Of a DNA stretch of 64,000 bases, positions 40,615 through 51,733 are shown piece after piece. Below the pieces are notes generated by a model. The model ran no database searches. It was not told the DNA's origin and was given only the letters and a program-made list of their open reading frames with translations. Source of the DNA: Spirulina sp. (GTDB lineage: Bacteria > Cyanobacteriota > Cyanobacteriia > Phormidesmidales > Phormidesmidaceae); the NCBI GenBank assembly GCA_044070495.1, contig JBIPSI010000009.1:1-64000 (forward strand). Reading direction: 5' to 3'. Position 1 is the first letter of the stretch. Each line of letters opens with the position of its first letter. The translations under genes and the position numbers were made by a program.

Positions 40615-41772
40615 ATGAGTGCAATGGAAAAAAGTTCCTGGCCCGCAGCCCAGGGGGATACAACCGTGCCCCCAGCGGATGCATCGGAAGCCACCAAACC
40701 CCAGGCGGAGCGGCCTACGCTAGTGGCTCCTCCGGCCCGTCCGGTACGGCCCACCCCTCCCAAGCCCACGCCGCCCGTGGTGGCCCCTGTGGTTCCCGCC
40801 GCCGAAAAAGCACCTGAAAAAGAACCTGAAAAAGCCCCCCCGACGGCTCCAGAACCAGCCTTTGACCCTGCCGCCTACCGTCATTTGCCCATCGCGCCCC
40901 CCAGCGAACCGATGCAGTATCGCGCCATTGGCCTGGTGCGCGGCACCTACGTGCCTACGGAGGCCGATCAGATTAACCGAGGTAACCTCACCACCGACGA
41001 TGGCTTGACGGTAGATTCGGTGCTGCTAGGGCGGGTTACTAGCCTGGTCAAAAAGCACCTCGACCTCACGGCACCGCACCTGTGGGTGGTCTATCCCCGC
41101 ACCCGGCGCGAGACCGAAACCGACGAAGACCAGGATCTACACTTTCAGATTGTGGGGGTATGGGAGCCTGAAACCCTAGGATTGCCGGGGGAAGATCCCC
41201 AGGGCACCCCAGACGACGCTTCCGAGGAGATCCTCTCTGACGATAACGAGGAGGCTACAGCCGCCAAGGCCACAAAGGTCAAGGAGGGATCTCAAGATCA
41301 GGAATCTAAGGCCCAGGATCCTGCTCCAGCGGCCCCAGCCAGCCAGGGTGATGCCGCCCCATGGCCCACGGTGGATGAAAATTATTTCTCTATCCGAGGT
41401 GAGGTGGTCAAGCATGAGCCGGAGCAAGGGCTGATCACCGTCAAAATTCTCCAGGGCATTAAACGAACGCCGGGGGGAGCCAAATCCTTCAAGCTTACTC
41501 TGCAAGGGCAGATTGAAGGCCGCACCGTCGGTTACTTTTGGGACTTCCAAGTCAAACGCAGCGCCAAAATCCTGGCGGTGGAGACCGCCTCTGTGGTGGG
41601 TATTGTGCCACCCAAGAAACGTCCTAAGGGCAGCGGCGGCGGCGGACGGAGACCCGTGGGCAAGCGTCCCGGTGGCCCACGTTCCTCTGCCCCTCCCCGT
41701 AAACCCATGGGCACCCACGGCAGCCCCCGCCCCCGGAAGGTGATCTCGGAGGGGGGAGATACGCCTGCCTAG
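40615..41772 (+). CDS. Conserved hypothetical protein
   Basis: PIAPPSEPMQYRAIGLVRG..LWVVYPRT core with Pro-rich and basic tails. Confidence 0.75.
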   Translation: MSAMEKSSWPAAQGDTTVPPADASEATKPQAERPTLVAPPARPVRPTPPKPTPPVVAPVVPAAEKAPEKEPEKAPPTAPEPAFDPAAYRHLPIAPPSEPMQYRAIGLVRGTYVPTEADQINRGNLTTDDGLTVDSVLLGRVTSLVKKHLDLTAPHLWVVYPRTRRETETDEDQDLHFQIVGVWEPETLGLPGEDPQGTPDDASEEILSDDNEEATAAKATKVKEGSQDQESKAQDPAPAAPASQGDAAPWPTVDENYFSIRGEVVKHEPEQGLITVKILQGIKRTPGGAKSFKLTLQGQIEGRTVGYFWDFQVKRSAKILAVETASVVGIVPPKKRPKGSGGGGRRPVGKRPGGPRSSAPPRKPMGTHGSPRPRKVISEGGDTPA

Positions 41773-41786
41773 TGAGATGGGTGGGT

Positions 41787-42971
41787 CTAACTACCGAGGG
41801 CATCCTGGGGTAGAAAGGCCCGATCCATGGGTAAAGCCGCCACCGGGGTCGATAGCTCAAAGGCTCCGGTTTCAATCCATTGCTTGAGTTCCTGCTGCAC
41901 TTGGCGGGCTAGGTAAACGCTGGCCAGGGGGGCAGTTCGTACCGTTTGGCCCTCAATGGTGATGGCCCCCGATTTAAGCTGGGCATAGCTGACTAGGCCA
42001 AAGGTGGGTCGCACTCGGCGGGGGATGGAAAAGTCCATCACCGGGGCCACGATGTCTTGATCCTGCACCGCACAGTGGGCGGCCACCTGCCCGTTGAGGA
42101 TGGGGATAGGCACGCCAACGCCAATCATCAGCGACGGCCCATAGCCCTTGAAATAACAGCCCCGTACCCAGCGGGACTGCATCTGCTTGGCATCGCCTAC
42201 CAGGGCCACCGTTGCCGCCGGGCCAATGGGGGTGTGGTTGGGCAGCCGCCGTTGCAAGGGGAAATGCTGAGTCCCCTCCCAGGCGATGTATCCCACGCCG
42301 CCACCTAGAAAAATGCGGGTGCCAATACCAACCGTGGCCAAGTCGGGATCGTTCATGAGCGGTGAGATGGCCCCAGGATTGGCATAGACCGCGTTGCCCA
42401 GGCGAGGCTGCAAGGGGCCGAGGTAGGTGGAGAGGGGGCGGTCGCCACCATTGACGCCCACAATGAAGTTTTGGTAGAGGCCACGGGGGTTGAATAGGTA
42501 AAACTGGTTAACGGTGTCGCGGGTGATGGTGGTTTCCAAGGAAGCCCTGGGGTAGCAGTCGGTGGCGTGGCCCGTAGCCTGGAGGTGAACCGTGCGCCCC
42601 GCCACCAGGTCGGCAATCACATGGCCGCCGCCGTGTTCCCGCGCTTCTTCCGACTCCATCCCCTCCGCCAGCCGACTCACCGCCACGGGCTGGCTGGCCC
42701 CCAGGTAAAAATCCACCGCCCCAAATCCAGCGTAGGCGGGCACCCCATCCAGATAGCACTCCAGCAGTTTGATGGGGGGATCCGTATGACCCAGGTTAAG
42801 CATCGCCCCGGCGGATTCCATCGGCTCGAAGGTGCCCGTCACCACCACATCCACGGCCTCGGCGGCGGCGGCGATACCCTGCTCCTGGGCCAGGGCTTTG
42901 AAGTCCTCGGCGGTGTAGACCGCCACCTGCCCGGCCCGAATTTTTTCGTTAATGCTATCGATGGTACGCAT
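41787..42971 (-). CDS. Homocysteine biosynthesis protein (DUF39/HcyBio)
   Basis: MRTIDSINEKI, DVVVTGTFEPM, GHTDPPIK, IGTRIFLGG. Confidence 0.85.
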   Translation of the reverse strand: MRTIDSINEKIRAGQVAVYTAEDFKALAQEQGIAAAAEAVDVVVTGTFEPMESAGAMLNLGHTDPPIKLLECYLDGVPAYAGFGAVDFYLGASQPVAVSRLAEGMESEEAREHGGGHVIADLVAGRTVHLQATGHATDCYPRASLETTITRDTVNQFYLFNPRGLYQNFIVGVNGGDRPLSTYLGPLQPRLGNAVYANPGAISPLMNDPDLATVGIGTRIFLGGGVGYIAWEGTQHFPLQRRLPNHTPIGPAATVALVGDAKQMQSRWVRGCYFKGYGPSLMIGVGVPIPILNGQVAAHCAVQDQDIVAPVMDFSIPRRVRPTFGLVSYAQLKSGAITIEGQTVRTAPLASVYLARQVQQELKQWIETGAFELSTPVAALPMDRAFLPQDALGS

Positions 42972-42974
42972 GGG

Positions 42975-43181
42975 CTAAGCCCCAGATTTGGGTGGCTGAA
43001 CCGCTGCCCAGGCCCACAGCAGTACCGCCATCAGCACCGAGGGCGCAAACAACAGCCCTAACGCCAACCCCAGGGAGGGATCTAGCCAGCCCCAGGACAG
43101 GCGCGGCAGCAGGTATTTAATCACGATGCCTAGCCCTGCCGACAGGGCCACTACCTTAATGAGAAAGTTTAGGTCGGACAT
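42975..43181 (-). CDS. Small membrane protein
   Basis: Two TM helices; fits between prmA and the DUF39 gene. Confidence 0.65.
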   Translation of the reverse strand: MSDLNFLIKVVALSAGLGIVIKYLLPRLSWGWLDPSLGLALGLLFAPSVLMAVLLWAWAAVQPPKSGA

Positions 43182-43186
43182 GGTTT

Positions 43187-44089
43187 TTAAGCTTTCGACC
43201 GTCGCACGTTGAGGCAACACCACTCTTGACGACGCCAGAGGGTCGCCACCACCCAGCCATGCTGTTCTAGGGTATCGGCCACCAGTTTAGACTGCTCTAG
43301 CAAAATACCGCTGAGAATGCCCCAGCCATCGGGGGTGACCAGGGTATGCAGGTTGGGGATTAAGTCCATAATCACCTCCGCCAAAATGTTGCATACCACG
43401 CCATCTACCGGGGCATCAATGGCCTTAACCAGATCCTCTAGCCCGCCGTGAAGGATGGGCATGTCGGCGGCGGTAATACTATTGAGGTCGCGGTTGCCCA
43501 TGGCGGAATGGACGGCCAGGTCGTCAATATCCGCCGCATAGACCTTTTTGGCCCCCAGCAGCAGCGCCCCAATAGACAAAATGCCCGACCCGCAGCCAAT
43601 GTCGGCAATGGTGACGTTGGGCGAGTCGTAGGTGAGGCGCATTTCCAGGGATTCTAGGCAAAGCTGGGTAGTGGGGTGCGCCCCGGTACCAAAGGCCACC
43701 CCTGGATCCAGCCGCAGGACGATGCGCTGGTTATCGTCGGGGGGATCCAACCAGGCCGGGGTGATCAAAAAGCGATCCCCAATCGGTTCTGGCTTCCAGT
43801 GTTCCTTCCAGCTTTTTGACCAGTCCTCCTCGTCAATCAGGTTCCAGGTCACCCTGGGCACCGACAGATCGCTACAGAGGGCATCCTGCCTAACCAGTAA
43901 CGCCAGGGCCGATAGATCCAGCAGTTCTAGCCGATGCTGGGGAAAGTAGGCTTGGACAAAGCTGGCGGAACCCCGTCGCTGGGTTGAGGTGCCCTGACTG
44001 CCAAAGCTATCGAACCGCCAGAAGATATCGTCCTCCAGGGCCGGATCGCACAGAACCTGAACTTCCCACCAGCTATTGCCCAACGCCAT
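43187..44089 (-). CDS. prmA: Ribosomal protein L11 methyltransferase
   Basis: [40 protein letters not shown]. Confidence 0.95.
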   Translation of the reverse strand: MALGNSWWEVQVLCDPALEDDIFWRFDSFGSQGTSTQRRGSASFVQAYFPQHRLELLDLSALALLVRQDALCSDLSVPRVTWNLIDEEDWSKSWKEHWKPEPIGDRFLITPAWLDPPDDNQRIVLRLDPGVAFGTGAHPTTQLCLESLEMRLTYDSPNVTIADIGCGSGILSIGALLLGAKKVYAADIDDLAVHSAMGNRDLNSITAADMPILHGGLEDLVKAIDAPVDGVVCNILAEVIMDLIPNLHTLVTPDGWGILSGILLEQSKLVADTLEQHGWVVATLWRRQEWCCLNVRRSKA

Positions 44090-44139
44090 GACCACCGTAC
44101 TTTGCCTAGGTTGTTTCCCCGGATCATATAGCAAAAGGT

Positions 44140-44350
44140 CCTCGCCCCCAGCCCCTCTCCCACGGGACGACCGCTGATACAGAACTCTTTGGGTTGCTTG
44201 ATACCTGGGGTTGATCCCCCCTAGCCCCCCTTGTTAAGGGGGGAACAGGAGTCAAAGGCCCCCTTAACAAGGGGGATTTAGGGGGATCTCCAAGGGCTTA
44301 CAGCATGAAAACAAGATGTGTATCCGTCGTAGCCATCGAGGAGAGGGGGC
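44140..44350. mobile_element. Nested repeat: ~170-bp MITE-like element inside a CCCCTCTCC/GGAGAGGGG hairpin repeat
   Basis: Reverse-complement homolog at 62028-62253; core double hairpin at 44213-44288. Confidence 0.7.
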
Positions 44351-44397
44351 CAGAAAAGTTCTCAAAGCCCCCCTTGAGCCTAGGGGCAGGAGGCCGT

Positions 44398-45984
44398 CTA
44401 GAGGTTGACGGTGTAGGCATCGCGGATGCCGTCTACCTTGATGATTTCCTCCAGGATGCCTTCGGGCAGGGGGTCATCCAGGCTCAGCACCATCACCGCA
44501 TCGCCGCGCACAATTTTGCGACCCACCTGCATACTGGCGATGTTGACGTTGAAGCTGCCCAGCAGGGAGCCGATTTTGCCGATGATCCCCGGCATATCGC
44601 GGTGCAGGGTGAACAGCATGTGGCGAGTGGGGGGCACGTTGATGGGGAAATCATCGATGTCGGTGACGCGGATTTCGCTGCCGCCCAGCAGTACCCCGGT
44701 GGCGGAATGCTCACCCAGGCTGCCCTTGGCCTTCAGGTTCAAGGCTCCGGCATAGTCGCGGCTGTCCTCATCGCGGGTTTCGATCACGTGGATGCCCCGC
44801 TCCTTGGCTTCGATGCTGGCATTGACGTAGTTCACCCGCTCTTGTAAGGCGTGGGAGAGCAGACCCTTGAGGGCGGCAATCACAATCGGTTTGCTGTCGC
44901 TGTCGCCGCTGGCAATGTCGCCCTGGATGCTGACGGTGAGTTCCTCCACCCGCCCCCCGGCCAGTTGGCTGACCAGGTTGCCCAGGGTTTCCGCCAGTTG
45001 CAGGTAGGGGCCAAGTTTTTCCAGCACCTCAGGCCGCAGACCGGGGATGTTCACAGCGGAACGGGCGGGGAGACCTAGCAGCACATCGCGGATTTGCTCC
45101 GCCACGTCGATGGCCACGTTCACCTGGGCTTCTTCCGTGGAGGCTCCCAGGTGGGGGGTGAGGATCACATTCTTGCCCAGATCCCGGAGTTCCGATTCCC
45201 CTAGGGGTTCCGAGGCATAGACATCCAGGGCCGCACCGCCGATGACACCATCCCGCAGGGCTTGGGCCAGATCCGCCTCGTTGATGATGCCGCCACGGGC
45301 ACAGTTGATGATCCGCGCCGTGGGCTTCATGGTGGCCAGGGTTTCGGCGTTGATGAGGTTGGCGGTTTCGGGGGTTTTGGGGATGTGCAGCGTGATGTAG
45401 TCTGCTTCCTGGAACAGGAAATCGAGTTCCACCAGACGACAGCCCAGTTGTTCGGCCCGGTCGGCGGAAATGAAGGGATCGTAGGCCAGCAACTTCATGC
45501 CCATGGCGCGGGCCACGGTGGCGACGTGGGAACCTATTTTGCCCAGCCCCACCACGCCCAGGGTCTTTTTGTAGACCTCTACCCCGGTGAAGTCCTTGCG
45601 CTTCCATTCCCCAGACTTCACCGAGGCATCGGCACTGGGCACATAGCGAGACAAAGACATCATCATGGCCAGGGCGTGCTCAGCGGCGGCGATGGTGTTG
45701 CCCTCCGGCGAGTTGACCACCACAATGCCGCGACGGGTTGCTTCTGGCACGTCCACATTATCCACCCCAACCCCGGCCCGACCAATGATCTTGAGGTTGT
45801 TAGCCGCCTCAATCACCGCCTTGGTGACCTTGGTGCCAGAACGAATCATCAGGGCATCGTAGTCGCCAATGACGTTGACCAATTCCTCCGGGGACAGGCT
45901 GGTGTTTACATCCACCTGCGCCACCTGGGAAAGAATGTCAATACCTACCTGATCGATGGGGTCGGAAACGAGAACCTTGGGCAT
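44398..45984 (-). CDS. serA: D-3-phosphoglycerate dehydrogenase
   Basis: [31 protein letters not shown]-terminal ACT domain. Confidence 0.97.
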   Translation of the reverse strand: MPKVLVSDPIDQVGIDILSQVAQVDVNTSLSPEELVNVIGDYDALMIRSGTKVTKAVIEAANNLKIIGRAGVGVDNVDVPEATRRGIVVVNSPEGNTIAAAEHALAMMMSLSRYVPSADASVKSGEWKRKDFTGVEVYKKTLGVVGLGKIGSHVATVARAMGMKLLAYDPFISADRAEQLGCRLVELDFLFQEADYITLHIPKTPETANLINAETLATMKPTARIINCARGGIINEADLAQALRDGVIGGAALDVYASEPLGESELRDLGKNVILTPHLGASTEEAQVNVAIDVAEQIRDVLLGLPARSAVNIPGLRPEVLEKLGPYLQLAETLGNLVSQLAGGRVEELTVSIQGDIASGDSDSKPIVIAALKGLLSHALQERVNYVNASIEAKERGIHVIETRDEDSRDYAGALNLKAKGSLGEHSATGVLLGGSEIRVTDIDDFPINVPPTRHMLFTLHRDMPGIIGKIGSLLGSFNVNIASMQVGRKIVRGDAVMVLSLDDPLPEGILEEIIKVDGIRDAYTVNL

Positions 45985-46123
45985 GGGTCGGCCATAAAAA
46001 TGTCACAGGGATCTACTTTACTGCAAAGGCGTAATTAAGGAGGACTGTGCGGATCACGATCTCATCGCCGAGGCAAACTCTCCCAGAACCCTTATCTGCC
46101 AAGCCCCCAGGGCGGCTATGGCC

Positions 46124-47344
46124 CTACCCGACCGACGGATCGAACTGCCGAAAACAGTCCACCAACACTACATTGGAGAACAGAAAACCTTCGGGATCGC
46201 TGAGCCGAATCCGCTGCACATTGTCCCAGGAATCTCCATCGATCACCACCCAACCCGCTTGAAGATGGGGCTTCAGAACCGCGTAGAGTTCGGCCCAGGT
46301 GTCGGCATCACACAGCGACCGCACCTCATCGCCAGCGATACCCTCCGCTAGCCGCAGCCCCACCATTAGCCGATCCAAAAACTGCTCCATGGTTGGGGTG
46401 GGTGGTTCGTCGTAAACGCTGCCCGATGCCTGGAAATTCTGCACCCACTGGCCATAGGTCGCTAGCGTTCGAGGCCGACTGACCCGCTGATGCTGGGTGT
46501 AGCTCGTTGCCCCCAGACCAAAGCCGTAGTAGGGCTGGTTGCGCCAGTAGGTGAGGTTGTGGCGGCAGCGGTGCCCCGGTTGGGCGTAGTTCGAGACTTC
46601 GTAATGCTCGTAACCCTGATCGGTCAAATAACGCTGGGCGGTGCAATACATGGCCGTCGTCTGCTGATCTGTCGGCAGGGGGGCATCTCCAGGCTGATAG
46701 CGCTTGGCAAACACCGTCTGGGGTTCCACCGTGAGGTCATACACCGATAGATGGTGCGGCCCTAGGTCAACCGCTTTGGACAGTCCTGTTTCCCAAATGT
46801 CCATGGTCAAATGGGGTAGGCCCGAAATCAAATCCAAACTCCAGTTCGGCATGGCGACTTGGTGCAGCCAGTCCACGGTTTGAACCACATCCACCACCCG
46901 GTGATAGCGGCCACAGCTTTCCAGGATGCGATCCTCCAACGCCTGCACCCCCAGGCTAATGCGGTTCACCCCTGCCCCCAGGTAGCCCTTCAGGTGATCT
47001 AAATCAAAGGTTCCCGGATCCATTTCCATGGAAATTTCTGCCTCTGGATCAATCCCAAACCGCTGATTCAACCCCGCCAAAATCCGCTGCACCTGCGCCA
47101 CCGACAGCAGGGAAGGCGTGCCGCCACCAAAAAACACCGTTTGCAGCGGTTCCCCTAAATTCGGCGTCGCTTGAATTTCCCGACACAGCACCTCCACATA
47201 GCCCTCTACGGACAGGGAGGTTTCCCCCCGCCGCTGGTTGCCCAATACGGAAATGGGGAAGTCGCAGTAGAAGCACCGCCGCCGACAAAAGGGAATGTGA
47301 ACGTAGGCCGAAAGGGGAGCAGGAGCCATGGAGGAGTGGGGCAT
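46124..47344 (-). CDS. hemW: Radical SAM heme chaperone (HemN-like)
   Basis: YVHIPFCRRRCFYCDF, FGGGTPS, YEVSNYA, HNLTYW. Confidence 0.9.
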   Translation of the reverse strand: MPHSSMAPAPLSAYVHIPFCRRRCFYCDFPISVLGNQRRGETSLSVEGYVEVLCREIQATPNLGEPLQTVFFGGGTPSLLSVAQVQRILAGLNQRFGIDPEAEISMEMDPGTFDLDHLKGYLGAGVNRISLGVQALEDRILESCGRYHRVVDVVQTVDWLHQVAMPNWSLDLISGLPHLTMDIWETGLSKAVDLGPHHLSVYDLTVEPQTVFAKRYQPGDAPLPTDQQTTAMYCTAQRYLTDQGYEHYEVSNYAQPGHRCRHNLTYWRNQPYYGFGLGATSYTQHQRVSRPRTLATYGQWVQNFQASGSVYDEPPTPTMEQFLDRLMVGLRLAEGIAGDEVRSLCDADTWAELYAVLKPHLQAGWVVIDGDSWDNVQRIRLSDPEGFLFSNVVLVDCFRQFDPSVG

Positions 47345-47466
47345 GATCGCAAGCTAGAAAAACGGCTGTGAATGTGAAGATCCATAGAGTTTGGGTTTAG
47401 ACAACGCTGGACGAGCCTTTTACCACCCTAGCCAACCAGAGACCCATGGAAATAGGAAGCCTATCG

Positions 47467-47520
47467 GGTAATGTTCTAGACCCGTGTATGACAAGCAATA
47501 CACAGGTCTAGAACACTACC
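47467..47520 (-). other. 23-bp stem hairpin upstream of hemW
   Basis: GGTAATGTTCTAGACCCGTGTAT-N8-ATACACAGGTCTAGAACACTACC; both mismatches become G-U pairs on the minus strand. Confidence 0.65.
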
Positions 47521-47786
47521 GCCGAGTTAAACCATTGGGGTCGTTGTTGGCCTAACGACGTCCCGGCTATGGTCAAGATGACGGAATCGCCTCATCTCCG
47601 GTAATTCCCTGACCTTGGGAGCGGCAATTGCGCACCTAGGATGTGTGGTTGCACGGTGTTCCTTTACACCGTCATGAAATTACGATAAAGGCATCGTCGC
47701 TCTTTCAGGCCCACCCCTGTATTTCCGCTGGACCTGAACCGTTATCGGCAGCAGGACTGTCTTCACAGCTTCGCTGTGCTCGAACT

Positions 47787-48743
47787 ATGCAACCCTCATC
47801 TTTGCCTCGATCTAAACCCACATTGCTGTTGGCTATTGAGGAGGAAACCCTCCGTATTCCGCAGCCCCATACCTCGGTAGCCCCCGTGGCGGAGGCTGAT
47901 CGCCCCAGGATGTCGGTGGCGGCGGGGCAAGCCCTGAAGCAAGGGTTAGCTGAATTTCGGCAAGGTCAATACCCTGAGGCTTTGGCTTACTTCCAGCGTG
48001 CTTTAACGGGCTACCAGCAGGCGGCAGATCAGCCGAATACGGCCAAGGTTTTGCTAGTTTTAGCGAATGCCTACTATCGGCTGGCGGACTATCTGTGGGC
48101 GGCGGACTACGGTCGGCAATGCCTGCGATTGGCTGAGGATCTTCAAGATAGGCCCCTGCAACAGCAGGCGTTGGAGCATTTGGGCAACAGCTACCGGCAT
48201 CTAGGCAACCTTCAAACCGCCCTCGACTATATGGGCCAAAGCCTTCAATTGGCGAAGGAAATCCATGATCTCCAGGCGGAAATGCGGGCGCTCAACAATT
48301 TGGCCATGGTATATCGGGCTAAGGGACTAAGCCGACAGGCGGCCACCCTCTACGAGGCCAGTTGGCGAATGGCAGAGCAGTTGGAGGAAGCCACCGTGCA
48401 ACTGCAAGTTTTGCAAAACCTGGGCAACACCTATCAATCGCTGCACCACTATGCCCAGGCCATTGAATGCTATGAGCAGTTTTTGGTGTTGCATGAGAAA
48501 CACCCGGAAACGGTAGCCAGCAACCACACGACCCGCCGCATTCTAACGCAGCTCACCCTGGCCAGCCTAGCGATTCACGACTACAACCGAGCCATTGTTT
48601 ACCTACAGCGCCATTTAACCCTGGCCTGCACCCTCGGTGACTCTAAAGGAGCCGCCGCCCTCATCGATGACCTCAGCTACTGCTATACGGCCTTGAATCA
48701 GGTACGGTCGTTCCAGTCCCTAGAACCCCTGTCCGATGGTTAG
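47787..48743 (+). CDS. TPR protein
   Basis: Repeats ALEHLGNSYRHLG, ALNNLAMVYRAKG, LQNLGNTYQSL; start uncertain. Confidence 0.85.
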   Translation: MQPSSLPRSKPTLLLAIEEETLRIPQPHTSVAPVAEADRPRMSVAAGQALKQGLAEFRQGQYPEALAYFQRALTGYQQAADQPNTAKVLLVLANAYYRLADYLWAADYGRQCLRLAEDLQDRPLQQQALEHLGNSYRHLGNLQTALDYMGQSLQLAKEIHDLQAEMRALNNLAMVYRAKGLSRQAATLYEASWRMAEQLEEATVQLQVLQNLGNTYQSLHHYAQAIECYEQFLVLHEKHPETVASNHTTRRILTQLTLASLAIHDYNRAIVYLQRHLTLACTLGDSKGAAALIDDLSYCYTALNQVRSFQSLEPLSDG

Positions 48744-49639
48744 GAAGAGCCTAGGTACTGGAGCACGGGAGCCATGACCACCCAATAGAGGGGCACAGAC
48801 AGCGAGATAAAGCCAATGACAAAGCGGGTATCTAGCTGTTGTTCTTGGGCAAAGAGAAGACCTAGCATACTAGGAGGCAAGGCTGCCCCCACCAAAACCG
48901 CTGCTCGCTCTAGTCCTGTGAGGCCAAACAGGGTAACCACTCCCCAGCCTAGCCCTAGCCCACAGCCTAGCTTCAGGAGCGCGAGGGCCAGGAAACGCCC
49001 CACGGAGGATCCTTGAATCTGAAATTCAATGCCCAGCAACAGCAGCACTAGGAACACAAAGCTGTTGGCCAGAATGTCCAGTAGAGCCAGCAATGCAGGG
49101 GGTTGCCAGCCCAGAATATTTAATCCTAGGCCGATCCAGATGGCCCAAAAGAAGGGGGTCTTGGCTAGCTTGATGCCCACCCGACCGACCGAGATTTCAT
49201 CGGATCCAAACCAGGTGGCAATGCCATAGACCACGGTGAGCAGATACATCGCCTGGGCCAGATCGAACAGCACGAGGCGGCTGAGGCCCTCCTCCCCAAA
49301 GGCCAACAGCATGGTGGGATAGCCCACGGCCCCACCCTCAAAGGTGAGGAAGGTGACCATCCAAGCCCCAGCCAGGGGACGATCCCAGCCGAGGGGCCGC
49401 AGCATTAAGGCTCCTATTAGGGTAAGCCCTAGCACGACAAGCAGGGCAGACAGGGGCAGATAGACCAGATCAGGGGTGAGGGTAGCGGTGGCCAGGGCGC
49501 GTAAAATTACTGCTGGTAAGGCCAGGTAGGTTAACAGGGTGCCGATGGTTTGGGCATCCTTGGGGCCAAGCAGACCCCGCCGCCGCAGCCCAAAGCCCAG
49601 AACACAGACCAGCAGCAGCGGCAAAATTTTGAGTAACAC
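48740..49639 (-). CDS. AEC (auxin efflux carrier) family transporter
   Basis: About 10 TM helices; YLALPAVI, GYP..L.AFGEEG, PFFWAI. Confidence 0.82.
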   Translation of the reverse strand: MLLKILPLLLVCVLGFGLRRRGLLGPKDAQTIGTLLTYLALPAVILRALATATLTPDLVYLPLSALLVVLGLTLIGALMLRPLGWDRPLAGAWMVTFLTFEGGAVGYPTMLLAFGEEGLSRLVLFDLAQAMYLLTVVYGIATWFGSDEISVGRVGIKLAKTPFFWAIWIGLGLNILGWQPPALLALLDILANSFVFLVLLLLGIEFQIQGSSVGRFLALALLKLGCGLGLGWGVVTLFGLTGLERAAVLVGAALPPSMLGLLFAQEQQLDTRFVIGFISLSVPLYWVVMAPVLQYLGSS

Positions 49640-49771
49640 AGGGCACTCTTGCTAAAAATTACATCATCCCCGTTGATTTGTGCAGAGCGTAGGATAGATG
49701 AGCAAATCGTACTCTATGTCGGGCAGAAATTTGATGCTTTCCACTAAAGCTAGTTCATCCTATGGACAAAA

Positions 49772-51733
49772 TCAGAGGTAGTCATGGGCGTAAATCATGA
49801 CAGGTTGCTTAATTTCTTGATCAAGCTGTTGCCCAAGCCAAATACCTGGCTCTACTTCCTCACTGATGGCAATTCTCAGAGACTCTGAAGCTTCTGGCAA
49901 CTGCAACTGGTAGGTTTTACCTGTAACAACTTGCTCTTTAACGGTTACTTGTCGAACTCCTAGATCGTCCTCAGAGGCTAGTTCAGTGGGTTGAAGCTGA
50001 AGATCATCTCCAGGCATAGAAAAGACCTGGATACCCTCTTCGCTTTTCCAGAAAATATAACCGTTCAGACTTGGTCTGAAAATTGAAAGCCCTGGATTAA
50101 CATCCTCTAGGCCATAAGTCTGGGTTTCTTTAACCTCCTGACTTGTTTGGCCAAAATCAACCAGCCTATCCCACCACTGCATTGCCTTCAAACAAGCATT
50201 AGCATGACGCTCAAGCTCTGTCACAGAGGGAAGATTTGTGATGACCTGTTCATGCCTTTTCATTTTGCTATGAATACGTTCCTGCCGTCGCCCTACATCG
50301 TTAGGGTTATTTTGCATTGCCTGGAGAAGTAACATTTGCTCAAGCTTAAGATCGGCAGCAATTAGTCCAATTAAGCACTGCATATCGTGGACGGCCTGTT
50401 TTCCACTAGACTTAAGCAGTTCTGCCGCGCTACGGGCACCCTGACGACCCCGTTGTAATCTGGCATTTTTGGTCTTATCCCTAAATCGTTCAACTAGCAA
50501 ACGATTTCGCTCAAGAATAGCAAGAATATTCTTTTCGACCAACGCAAGCCGATTACTGGCATCTGGCGTGAAGATGCCAGTGTGCATTCGCTCTGATTCA
50601 ATGTCATCTAAGACGTTAACCGCATAATAAATTTCGCCTAGAATTGCGGCTTCTTGTCTAACATTAAGCTCCTCTAAAATTTGCTCCATGTGGGCTAGAC
50701 GTTGGTTTATCTGGTTGATTTGTTGTGTACCTACAATGGCATGGAGTACCTGATATGCAACGATAGGAGCCAAAATGGGCATGACAGAAGTTTGGGCAAA
50801 ACGAAGTTGATGAGAAAATCTTCCTGTAGCTAAATCTCTGACTGTCCCAAGTGAACCACCGCTTTGCACTAGCTTATGAGTTCCATTAGCCAAACCTGCG
50901 ACTGCATCAGGTGGCCCAATTACTCTAAATAATTGCCCTGCATTCATACCAGAAGCAACCACCGCAGATGTTGCTCCTAACTGGTCTACTACCGCTGAGT
51001 TTAATTTGCCTTTGTGCCAAGCATTTGGACTATGCAGACTCAGTCCATGAAAATGATCAATGAGTTGCTGACTTTGCTCAGGAGAGTATTGCAGTAGCGC
51101 TCCAACAGTATTTCCTGAAGAGTCTTGCAGCTCGGTAAATGATGCGGATTCTCCTTCCTCAGGCTGATAAGTCTTAATGCCCCAACCCTCATGACGCATT
51201 ACTGTTAGAGCAGCTTCTTCTTCTTCTGCTGGTTCAATTTCGGTTGAGATAGATGCCTGATTCTTGTCAGATACGCTTGTAGCTTTAGCGACATCCGCAG
51301 ACTGTTGCCCCTGAAAGACTGAGAACATTGTCTTCAATGCGTTATCACTCAGGTCTTGTAAGTCTGTTACCCTGTCAGAAATTACGTCTTCAACAACATC
51401 ACCTATGTCCGTTGCTCCAACCTGTAAATTTCCAACGACTTCTGTAACAGGCTTTGAAGACCAAACCGATTGTGTGAATGATTGAAAACTTCTTAATCCC
51501 TGATTAACGACATCTCCTAATTCAGGGGCTTTAGCTTCGTTCTCGTCCGTTGGATAGACATCGAAGACAACTTCATAGGCTTGCTTCCAGGCATCAAATC
51601 CCTGAAGATCGGGCAGTTCATTCTCTTCAGCAAATTCTAACCAGACCTTGTTTTCTCGCAACTCCCTACCATTGGCTACTCCAAAATGTTCGCAGAGAGC
51701 TTGTTTATAACCTCTGAGCTTCAGTCTTTCCAT
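49772..51733 (-). CDS. Uncharacterised 653-aa protein in an AT-rich segment
   Basis: Long uninterrupted ORF; visibly AT-richer than its flanks; hydrophobic segment followed by coiled coils. Confidence 0.8.
   Translation of the reverse strand: MERLKLRGYKQALCEHFGVANGRELRENKVWLEFAEENELPDLQGFDAWKQAYEVVFDVYPTDENEAKAPELGDVVNQGLRSFQSFTQSVWSSKPVTEVVGNLQVGATDIGDVVEDVISDRVTDLQDLSDNALKTMFSVFQGQQSADVAKATSVSDKNQASISTEIEPAEEEEAALTVMRHEGWGIKTYQPEEGESASFTELQDSSGNTVGALLQYSPEQSQQLIDHFHGLSLHSPNAWHKGKLNSAVVDQLGATSAVVASGMNAGQLFRVIGPPDAVAGLANGTHKLVQSGGSLGTVRDLATGRFSHQLRFAQTSVMPILAPIVAYQVLHAIVGTQQINQINQRLAHMEQILEELNVRQEAAILGEIYYAVNVLDDIESERMHTGIFTPDASNRLALVEKNILAILERNRLLVERFRDKTKNARLQRGRQGARSAAELLKSSGKQAVHDMQCLIGLIAADLKLEQMLLLQAMQNNPNDVGRRQERIHSKMKRHEQVITNLPSVTELERHANACLKAMQWWDRLVDFGQTSQEVKETQTYGLEDVNPGLSIFRPSLNGYIFWKSEEGIQVFSMPGDDLQLQPTELASEDDLGVRQVTVKEQVVTGKTYQLQLPEASESLRIAISEEVEPGIWLGQQLDQEIKQPVMIYAHDYL

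Noticed and set aside
45262..46038. 258-aa plus-strand ORF
   Set aside because: Antisense shadow of serA
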